From: Promethearchaeota archaeon
GTDB taxonomy: Archaea > Asgardarchaeota > Lokiarchaeia > Sigyniarchaeales > SOKP01
Assembly: GCA_048938895.1 (NCBI GenBank)
Contig: JBHLLU010000028.1
Span: forward strand, 1 to 52,503
DNA: 52,503 nucleotides
Direction of reading: 5' to 3'
The notes below the pieces were generated by a model. It was not told the origin of the DNA. It ran no database searches and was given only the letters and a program-made list of their open reading frames with translations. Positions 28,973-36,812 of the stretch are shown here, in pieces (position 1 is the stretch's first letter; each line of letters begins with the position of its first letter). A program made the position numbers and the translations under genes.

Positions 28973-29752
28973 ATGCCTATAACCGGAATAGATTTCGCAA
29001 AATGTAGTATATGTAAACAGTGTATTAAGGAATGCCCAACAAATAATTATTCATTGGATGAAAAAAGACAGAAAGTAGTATATAATCTAAAGAGTTGTAT
29101 ACTTTGTGGTCATTGCATTGCTGTTTGTCCCGAGGATGCAATACTTTATGAAAATATGAAAAGTAGAGTTTTTGCCATTGAAGATCCAACTATAACAACA
29201 TCCCAAAAAGCTATTCATAATTTAATTGCTTCTAAAAGATCTATTAGACGATATAAAAACAAAGAAGTTCCACAAGATGTCTTGGATAAAGTCTTTGATT
29301 CAATGAAATATGCACCCACAGCTATGAATTTACGAACTTTAAAATGTCGCTTAATATCTGGTAATCAAGAGATTAAGGAATTTTCTATGAGAATAATTGA
29401 TACCATCGAATCAGAAAAAGAGAGAAAAGCATATAAAGATAGATTGGAGGAAGGTAAGAATCCCTTTTTTTATGACGCTCCTCATATTCTAATCCTCCAT
29501 TCTAAAGATAGTTGGGGTGTTGTTAATGCTACTATTACAATTACATATGCAATGCTATATGCAGAAACCTTAGGTTTAGGTTCCTGTTGGATTGGTGGAA
29601 TACAACAATATCTGGTAGAGAGTAAAGAAAGGACAAAAAAGATTCTTGGAATATCAGATAGAGTCTGTGGAATCATGATACTGGGGTATCCTGCTGTTAA
29701 ATATTACCGTGTACCGCCTCGGGCACCTATACGGGTAAAAACAAATTTGTAA
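28973..29752 (+). CDS. Nitroreductase with N-terminal 2x[4Fe-4S] ferredoxin (tandem paralog)
   Basis: CSICKQCIKECP, CILCGHCIAVCP, KRSIRRY, LGLGSCW. Confidence 0.92.
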   Translation: MPITGIDFAKCSICKQCIKECPTNNYSLDEKRQKVVYNLKSCILCGHCIAVCPEDAILYENMKSRVFAIEDPTITTSQKAIHNLIASKRSIRRYKNKEVPQDVLDKVFDSMKYAPTAMNLRTLKCRLISGNQEIKEFSMRIIDTIESEKERKAYKDRLEEGKNPFFYDAPHILILHSKDSWGVVNATITITYAMLYAETLGLGSCWIGGIQQYLVESKERTKKILGISDRVCGIMILGYPAVKYYRVPPRAPIRVKTNL

Positions 29753-29823
29753 AATTCTTTGTAATAACACGTAATTATTGAAAAACAGATTGGTTTTATA
29801 ACTTTTAAACATTTGAGAAGATT

Positions 29824-30555
29824 ATGCTAGCACAATTATCTGCACTTGAAATTTTTTATGGAAGTTTTACTTTTGCCTCTGTAATTATATCTACAATTCT
29901 AGGCTTACTTATTGCATTAAAATATAGAGAACATAAAAGAGTTGAGCTGCTATTAGTTGGAATTACTTGGATTTTATTAGCCAGTCCTTATTGGTCAGAT
30001 GCGATACAATTTCTTCTAGTAACAATAGCAGATATAGAAATGAATTCTGCTCTTTACTACTTTTTAGCGAATGCGTTTATTGCCCCAATTCACATTACTT
30101 GGGTGTATACCTTTACAAAACTACTATTTCAACAATACAAAAAAGAATTATTATTGTTTTTTAGTATCGAAGCAGTAGTATTTGAAATAGCATTCTTAAT
30201 CGTATTTTTCATTGACCCAAATTTGATCGGTGATCAACAAAGTGTCTTCGTAGTAGAATGGGCAATTTGGGTACAAATATATCTACTGTTTTCAATAATT
30301 ATATTCCTTCTTACAGGATTTCTTTTTGCAAGAGCAAGCATTAAATCAACTGAAGAAGATATTAGACTAAAAGGAAAATTTTTGATAATCGCTTTTCTGT
30401 CTTTTACTATAGGCACAATAATAGATGTAGTTGCAGCTGATGCTCCTACAGAAATTACCATTCTTCTGGCAAGAATATTTGTAATTTTCAGTTCAATTTG
30501 TTTCTATATTGGATTTACATTACCAAAATTTATCCAAAATATCTTTATAAAATAA
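29824..30555 (+). CDS. Stand-alone ~7-TM membrane protein
   Basis: Seven hydrophobic segments, no soluble domain. Confidence 0.8.
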   Translation: MLAQLSALEIFYGSFTFASVIISTILGLLIALKYREHKRVELLLVGITWILLASPYWSDAIQFLLVTIADIEMNSALYYFLANAFIAPIHITWVYTFTKLLFQQYKKELLLFFSIEAVVFEIAFLIVFFIDPNLIGDQQSVFVVEWAIWVQIYLLFSIIIFLLTGFLFARASIKSTEEDIRLKGKFLIIAFLSFTIGTIIDVVAADAPTEITILLARIFVIFSSICFYIGFTLPKFIQNIFIK

Positions 30556-30632
30556 TTTACATTCTTTTTTTATCATTTGATCTGGTATCATCAGGATATT
30601 CTCTTAATATTTCATAAATATTGTGATAAGTA

Positions 30633-30652
30633 CGTGAAACTCAGCTTTCACG
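30633..30652. terminator. Hairpin between convergent genes
   Basis: CGTGAAA-N6-TTTCACG followed closely by a T-run. Confidence 0.35.
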
Positions 30653-30675
30653 ATAAATTCTATTTTTTTAAATTT

Positions 30676-31620
30676 TTATAATGTGGAAAATATTTTCATA
30701 ATGTATTTAAGTTTCTTAAATCCAACTTTTATCATATCATTGATATTATGTTCAATGCCGAATTTAATATAATGCAGACATGTACAACCAAATAAAAATT
30801 TCATTCTCACTTCAAGATGAGAATCGATCTGTCTTTGATAATTTGCTAATATATTCCTAAGAAAGAGATCACCCTCATTATAGAAAAGCAAATCAACAGC
30901 AGGATCATAAATTCTTGATTCTTCGAAATCAATAATGCCAGTTACATCGAAAGTTCCAGAATTTACGAGAATGTTGCTGATATCAAAATCTCCATGAACA
31001 ACTGTTGGTATAAAATTGAAATTTTCTTTATTGTTAAGAAAACTATCAAAAAGATTAATAATCCAAATTTTTTGGGTTGAATTTGTTAAACTAAAAGCTT
31101 TTTTTTGAATATCTTTATAGAATTTTTTCCAATCTTCAATATATTTAGTTGTAAATTTTAAATCATTAGTTGAATCTACTATGAGTTCTGCTTTTAATTC
31201 ATCTGAGTGAAGTTGAGACAGGAAACTTCCAATATCTTTTGATATTCCAATTTTATTACTTTTAGTTGCCCTCATAAAACATTTAGATAAACTTATCCCT
31301 TTTAACATTTCATACCCTATAAAAAGGTTATCTTCTTCAGTAGAAATGAAGATAGGATCTGGAATATTGAAATCTACATAATTTTTGATTATATTTAACA
31401 TTCTAACCTCATTAGTAATAAGCTTTGCTCCTGCTGAATTTCGAAATATTTTATCCGGAAAACGGAAAATATATTTTTCTTTTACTTCAAAAACGTTATA
31501 GCTACCATGATAAATGAACTTTATTTGTTTTCTTCTAAGATCAGGAAATATAGGCTTTAAGGAGGTAATAACCTCAGTAAGAGATATATCCTGTTTTCTA
31601 TTTTCCTCGTAATTTATCAT
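30676..31620 (-). CDS. Aminoglycoside phosphotransferase / choline kinase-like protein
   Basis: IFRFP, VHGDFDISNIL, GIIDFE, DPAVD. Confidence 0.88.
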   Translation of the reverse strand: MINYEENRKQDISLTEVITSLKPIFPDLRRKQIKFIYHGSYNVFEVKEKYIFRFPDKIFRNSAGAKLITNEVRMLNIIKNYVDFNIPDPIFISTEEDNLFIGYEMLKGISLSKCFMRATKSNKIGISKDIGSFLSQLHSDELKAELIVDSTNDLKFTTKYIEDWKKFYKDIQKKAFSLTNSTQKIWIINLFDSFLNNKENFNFIPTVVHGDFDISNILVNSGTFDVTGIIDFEESRIYDPAVDLLFYNEGDLFLRNILANYQRQIDSHLEVRMKFLFGCTCLHYIKFGIEHNINDMIKVGFKKLKYIMKIFSTL

Positions 31621-31846
31621 AGTTCTTGAAATTGATGATTATCACATAATTTTTATTTTTTATTTAATCCGTAAGTGTTTAGATCTTCGTAGACTTATTT
31701 AAAATAAATGGGATTTCATTACCCCAGTTAATTTATATCTAAACTTCTTCTAAATATATAATGTTTATTTTCTTAAAATAACTGAAAGTTTTATCGCAAA
31801 ATTAAAGAGATTTTATAAGTAAACCAATTCCAAAATTATTGAAGGT

Positions 31847-32800
31847 TTATTGTTTCTTTTTTAATTCTAATTTTGGTAGTCTCACTTCTTTTAGCTTTTT
31901 AAAAGCTTTCAACTTCTTACTTTCTTTTGGTTTCTTTTCTTCTTTTTGTTTTTTAATTTTTTCTGTCTTTGTTTTTCCATATTTAGCAAATGTCTCTAGA
32001 GATAAATTTTTTTTTAAATTTTCTGCTAAGCTCCCTAATTTATTAGCTGTAGCAGAAATTTCTTCCATTGATGCAGTCTGTTGTTCTGCAGATACACTGA
32101 TTCCTTCTATAGATCTCAATGTTGATTCAAGTCCCCTAAGGATATTATTTATTTTTAATTCTGTAGTATTAACAGTAGTTTTTGATTGGTCTGCTAATTT
32201 TCGTACTTCATCAGCTACAACTGCAAATCCTCTCCCATATTCCCCAGCTCGACCAGCTTCAATACTGGCGTTTAATGCTAATAAATTTGTTTGATCAGAA
32301 ATAGATACTATTATATCTATAATACTTTTAATTTCGTTTGAAGAAAACATTATATTCTGACTATCCTCTGCAACTGTTTGTGTTGTTGAAGCTATTTCTT
32401 CGGACGCGTTATTAACTTCGCTTGCACTTGTCGCTAATTCTGTAGCAATATTAGAGACCTCAATAGAACTTTCCTTTGCAACATTAATAACGTTTTCTAA
32501 TGTATTGTATTGTTTCTTAATAATTTTTGTAGTATAAAGAATTAAAACAACCGGCAATGGAGTAATTATAGACATAAAAATGAAAGTAGTAATCATAGTA
32601 CTTGGAAAAACCTCATATTGCAGGTAGTCTGCCCCTGATACAAAACCAAACATTACTGACATCATACTAGCAACTTTAAGCATTGTTTTATTGCGTTCAT
32701 TTCTAAAAAGGTAACGCCATAATAAAATAAATATTGAAATAAACAAAGATAATAAAATCATGTAAATTATTGGGTTACTTGTTATACTTTGAAATAACAT
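31847..32800 (-). CDS. Methyl-accepting chemotaxis-like protein
   Basis: [34 protein letters not shown]; 3 N-terminal TMs; Lys-rich tail. Confidence 0.92.
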   Translation of the reverse strand: MLFQSITSNPIIYMILLSLFISIFILLWRYLFRNERNKTMLKVASMMSVMFGFVSGADYLQYEVFPSTMITTFIFMSIITPLPVVLILYTTKIIKKQYNTLENVINVAKESSIEVSNIATELATSASEVNNASEEIASTTQTVAEDSQNIMFSSNEIKSIIDIIVSISDQTNLLALNASIEAGRAGEYGRGFAVVADEVRKLADQSKTTVNTTELKINNILRGLESTLRSIEGISVSAEQQTASMEEISATANKLGSLAENLKKNLSLETFAKYGKTKTEKIKKQKEEKKPKESKKLKAFKKLKEVRLPKLELKKKQ

Positions 32801-32921
32801 TTATGAAAACACCTATTTTTATTTTCAAACTTTTACTAAAAGAAAAATCATATTATTTATATCTCAAGTCTACTCATATTATTTAAAATCTTGTAAAAAG
32901 AAAAGAAGTTATACCCGAAAG

Positions 32922-33698
32922 ATGTTTAATAAAATTAAGGGGATTTTATCCGATATAGATGGAACACTATATTTTAAAGGTAAACCAATTCCAAAAGTAA
33001 TTGACACAATTTTAGAACTTCGTAGAAAAGGTTTGAAATTTCTTTTCTTTACTAATACAGATAGTAAATCACCTAAAACAGTTTTAAGAAATTTAACGGA
33101 ATATGGATTTGATATTGATGAACAGGAGATTTTCACCCCTATTATTGCAGTAAAAGAGTTTTTATCCAAAAATCCACAAAAAAAAATATTTCTAGTAACA
33201 ACTAAGGAAGTTGAAAAAGAATTTCAGGAATTTCTTAAAGTACAAGGGAGTGAAGTTCCAGATTTTGTTATTATTGGTGACTTTCAGGATAATTGGGATG
33301 TAAAACGTCTAAATACTGCATTTAGATATGTACTGAAGGGTGCGAAACTCCTAGGAACTCAAGGTAATTGGTATTTTCTTGATCGTCAAGGTGAACCTGT
33401 CATAGATACAGGATCATTTGTCCATATGATTGCTAAAGCTGCTAAAATTGAATATAAGATATTTGGAAAACCTTCGAAAGAATATTTTACTCACGCTTTA
33501 GAAAAAATAAATCTAAATTCCTATGAAGTTCTTGTTATAGGTGATGATATTGAATCAGATATACAAGGTGCTATAAATTTGGGGATTGATGGGATTTTAG
33601 TGAGAACTGGAAAAGGTCAATTTTATAATCCTAACCAGTCAGATATCGTTCCATCTAAAGTTGTCGATTCTTTTAGTTCTTTATTAGATTTCTTTTAA
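32922..33698 (+). CDS. HAD-IIA hydrolase (LHPP/HDHD2/NagD-like)
   Basis: DIDGT, FTN, GKP, IGDDIESDIQGA, VRTGK. Confidence 0.92.
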   Translation: MFNKIKGILSDIDGTLYFKGKPIPKVIDTILELRRKGLKFLFFTNTDSKSPKTVLRNLTEYGFDIDEQEIFTPIIAVKEFLSKNPQKKIFLVTTKEVEKEFQEFLKVQGSEVPDFVIIGDFQDNWDVKRLNTAFRYVLKGAKLLGTQGNWYFLDRQGEPVIDTGSFVHMIAKAAKIEYKIFGKPSKEYFTHALEKINLNSYEVLVIGDDIESDIQGAINLGIDGILVRTGKGQFYNPNQSDIVPSKVVDSFSSLLDFF

Positions 33699-33929
33699 AA
33701 AAGAAGTATATTATAGATTGATTATCAATAAATACTCTAATGATTCTTTAGAAAATTACTAAGAGGAATACTCTAATTATCAAATAGTTAATATAAAGGA
33801 TATATAGTCCAATTTTTAATAAAGCCCTTCTGGATAGGAGTACTATTGTTTAACAAAAACATTTATATATTCTCTATCGTGTATGATTCGTAGAAACTTA
33901 ATTTAACAGAAAAAAAGGATGCATAAATT

Positions 33930-34937
33930 ATGGCATTAACAAAAAGTGAATTTTTTGTAAGAGATCTTGTAATTGATGATGAATACGGAGTTATTGACTC
34001 AAAAGCCACAATCCAGGAAGCCGCAAAAAAAATGAAAGAATTGGGCGTTCCAGATTTAGTAGTTGTAGAAGGGGAGGATCAAAAGGTACTTGGAGTTATT
34101 GCGGATTTTGATATAGTTCAAAATGTTGTAGCAGAAGGAAACGACTGTAAATCTGAAACTGTTGTTTCTACAATGTATAAGATTACACCAGTAACGTTGG
34201 ATACATCTGTAAATGACGCATTTATAAGAATGCGGAATCTAAATGTAAATGTAGTTCCTGTAGTGGAAAATGGAAAGCTTATTGGCGTCTGCACTATTCA
34301 GGATTGTTGGAGTTATATTCCAGATAAAATTGTAGACGATATTGGGCTAATTCCGGTGAGAAATACAAGGGTTGCTGAGTTTTGGTTTGCAAGTGCTTGT
34401 GTAATAATCGGATTTACACTGGGAATACTTCTTCCCCTTGCAGGAGTTTTTGGATTTTTTACAGGAAAATATAGTGATCTCATGAGTTTATTGGGTATGG
34501 GACCAATTGTAGGAGATCCAACTATCTTTTTCACATTATTCGATGTAAGAGGATCAGGAGTTTGGACATCTTTTTTTACTCTGAATGATCCAATTTGGAT
34601 TGCAATTGGTGTATTTAGTATTCTTTTGTTGATTTTTAGCATCATAGGGCTCTTTTGTATAATTTATACTAGCTTTTCTAAAACTAGAAATTTACAAACA
34701 GGATGGATACTCCAAACTCTAATTCCGGGATTATCAGTTTTCTTTATGGTGTTTGAATGGATTCTTTTTGGGATTGCTTTTGCTACTGCAACTCCACAGC
34801 CTGTTATTGCTTTTGATCCGGTGGGACTGACGCTTTCAATAATTTCAATGATATTGTTTTTATTAGCTATAAATAGAGATTATATCTTCAGAGAAAAAGA
34901 ATTTCCGAGTTCTAATGAAAGTGAGGTGAACGTGTAG
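33930..34937 (+). CDS. CBS-pair protein fused to a 4-TM membrane domain
   Basis: TIQEAAKKM..LVVV..VLGVI and SVNDAFIRM..VPVVENGKLIGV; four C-terminal TMs. Confidence 0.88.
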   Translation: MALTKSEFFVRDLVIDDEYGVIDSKATIQEAAKKMKELGVPDLVVVEGEDQKVLGVIADFDIVQNVVAEGNDCKSETVVSTMYKITPVTLDTSVNDAFIRMRNLNVNVVPVVENGKLIGVCTIQDCWSYIPDKIVDDIGLIPVRNTRVAEFWFASACVIIGFTLGILLPLAGVFGFFTGKYSDLMSLLGMGPIVGDPTIFFTLFDVRGSGVWTSFFTLNDPIWIAIGVFSILLLIFSIIGLFCIIYTSFSKTRNLQTGWILQTLIPGLSVFFMVFEWILFGIAFATATPQPVIAFDPVGLTLSIISMILFLLAINRDYIFREKEFPSSNESEVNV

Positions 34938-34939
34938 AT

Positions 34940-36430
34940 ATGCCCCGTGGGGGTGGATTTAGAGGAGGAGGTTTTAGAGGAGGAGGTTTTAGAGGTGGAG
35001 GATTTGGTGGAGGATTTCGGGGTGGTGGATTTCGGGGAGGAGGATTTAGTGGTCGAGTTGGAGGTACTAGGCCAAGTGGAACCCCATTTGGAAGAACTGG
35101 GGCAAATCGTATAGTATCTCGTTCCCCAAGTGGACCTTATAGACATAATATATATCGACCATATAGAAGTTATTATCGTCCTTGGTGGTGGTATCACAGA
35201 CCTTGGTATTATAGATGGTGGTATTCCCCATGGTGGGCAGGGAACTATTATCGACCTTGGTATTATTCTCCTATGTACGTCGGCGGAGGGATAGTATTCA
35301 TAATCATACTGGCTTTAGTTCTCCTACCGATATTTGGGGTTGCTTTCATATATCCATTTAGTGAAGCTGATATTAATGGAAATGTAAATTACCGGTCAAC
35401 TGAAACGCTGTACTTTAATGAGTTTTGGTATGAACATGAATATATAGAACAAGGGAATGCCATCGAATATTCGGTGGACTCTAGTCTAAGTCCGATTAAC
35501 TTCATGATCTCTGATAGCTCTTTTGAGAAATTACCTACGACTACATTTTATATTTCGGAAGTAGATTCAATTACAATACAAAATAATGAATACCAATATG
35601 TTTGGATGTTTTTAAGACCGGGATCTACAATATTTTATGATTTCAATACGTCTGGTGCTGTAGATTTCTTCATAGGAAATGGAAATGATTTATACCTATG
35701 GGATCAAGGAGGCTCTCCCTCATTCTTCGTGGATGAACCAAGCACAACAGCAGAAACGGGAAACCTGACGATTACACAAGCTGGGGATTATTATGTAACC
35801 TGGTACAATGAAGGAATCTCAAGTGTGGATGTTGATTTTTCAATAGATTTTACTGTCGCAGGAGTTGTAGATTACACTGCCGCACAGTTTTATGACAATA
35901 ATACTTATTTCACAACAGGAACATTTAATGTACCTACTTCAGGGAATTGGTATTTCTTCATCTATTTTGATCCTATGCTCTCAGAATATGAATCAACACT
36001 TATTACCTTCGATGTAACCTATAATACAGGAAAGAGTTCAGTTGATAGGTGGCTTGATGTTCAATGGATATTAATAATTGTTTTGGTTGTTGTTGCTATC
36101 TTGGTAATCGCCGCATTAGTAGCAAGAAGAGGACAAAAGAAATTAAAATTAAAATCGCCCACAGAGCAAAAACCTGGTGTTTCTCCATATAAACAAGTTA
36201 CTAAAAAACCTGAAGATGATAAGGAAGTATCTAATTGTGTTCGATGTGGTACACCTCTTAAACCTGGTGTTAAATTTTGTACTCAATGCGGAGGAAAAGT
36301 TGAAGGGCGAAAGATAGGTGACTCAACGGTTACGACTCCCACAACAGCCAAGGTTTGTTCCCTATGCGGTAGCAAGCTTTCAGGATCTGAGAATTTTTGC
36401 AAATGGTGTGGTACTAAAATAGAAAATTAG
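34940..36430 (+). CDS. Two-TM protein: RGG/aromatic low-complexity N-tail, beta-sandwich ectodomain, double zinc ribbon C-tail
   Basis: (RGGGF)n, RPWYY-type repeats, two TMs, CVRCG..FCTQCG..CSLCG..FCKWCG; GAGGTGA SD inside the upstream gene end. Confidence 0.88.
   Translation: MPRGGGFRGGGFRGGGFRGGGFGGGFRGGGFRGGGFSGRVGGTRPSGTPFGRTGANRIVSRSPSGPYRHNIYRPYRSYYRPWWWYHRPWYYRWWYSPWWAGNYYRPWYYSPMYVGGGIVFIIILALVLLPIFGVAFIYPFSEADINGNVNYRSTETLYFNEFWYEHEYIEQGNAIEYSVDSSLSPINFMISDSSFEKLPTTTFYISEVDSITIQNNEYQYVWMFLRPGSTIFYDFNTSGAVDFFIGNGNDLYLWDQGGSPSFFVDEPSTTAETGNLTITQAGDYYVTWYNEGISSVDVDFSIDFTVAGVVDYTAAQFYDNNTYFTTGTFNVPTSGNWYFFIYFDPMLSEYESTLITFDVTYNTGKSSVDRWLDVQWILIIVLVVVAILVIAALVARRGQKKLKLKSPTEQKPGVSPYKQVTKKPEDDKEVSNCVRCGTPLKPGVKFCTQCGGKVEGRKIGDSTVTTPTTAKVCSLCGSKLSGSENFCKWCGTKIEN
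34946..35047 (+). repeat. Coding 15-bp repeat (six RGGGF plus one GGGF)
   Basis: AGAGGAGGAGGTTTT-type units with synonymous variation. Confidence 0.9.
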
Positions 36431-36477
36431 TTGTAATAAAATTTTTTTTTCTTTTTCTAAAAATTATTTCGAATAAT

Positions 36478-36684
36478 TTAGGCGCTTTCTTCAGTTGATT
36501 GGTTCTCGCCATTAGTCATGAAAGAAGAATAAGCACCTTTCACCTCATTAATGTCTACAGTCACGACGGTATGACCTGTATGGTGTCTTTCGAATTTCTT
36601 AATGTCGACTTGGTTTATCGGATTATCTGGATGAATTACAATATATGTCTTACATTTTATACAAGCTCGACATCTAAGACTCAT
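36478..36684 (-). CDS. Small putative zinc-binding protein (68 aa)
   Basis: ATG 36684 after AGGTGA; CRACIKC...HHTGH. Confidence 0.75.
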   Translation of the reverse strand: MSLRCRACIKCKTYIVIHPDNPINQVDIKKFERHHTGHTVVTVDINEVKGAYSSFMTNGENQSTEESA

Positions 36685-36812
36685 TTTTTCATCACCTAGT
36701 AATCTGACAAGGTAGTTAAAACATATAAATATTTCAAAGTTTTGGTTTTTATATAAAAATGTTCGCGAAGAACGTACAAGTCTACACATTCAAAATTACT
36801 TATTTATAATTA

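Noticed and set aside
30553-30630. Short - strand frame YHNIYEILREYPDDTRSNDKKRM as a gene remnant
   Set aside because: Too short, no start, no recognisable family
30676-31620. Antibiotic resistance gene
   Set aside because: Only generic APH/choline-kinase motifs; no mobile context
31839-32294. 151-aa + strand ORF
   Set aside because: Antisense shadow of the MCP gene
34946-35047. G-rich repeat as CRISPR, telomere-like or G-quadruplex element
   Set aside because: No spacers; variation is synonymous and explained by RGGGF coding
34880-35197. 105-aa Ser/Thr/Lys-repeat - strand ORF
   Set aside because: Mirror of the RGGGF repeat
36685-36789. 35-codon N-terminal extension given in the ORF track
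   Set aside because: Spans the promoter region; the SD supports ATG 36684
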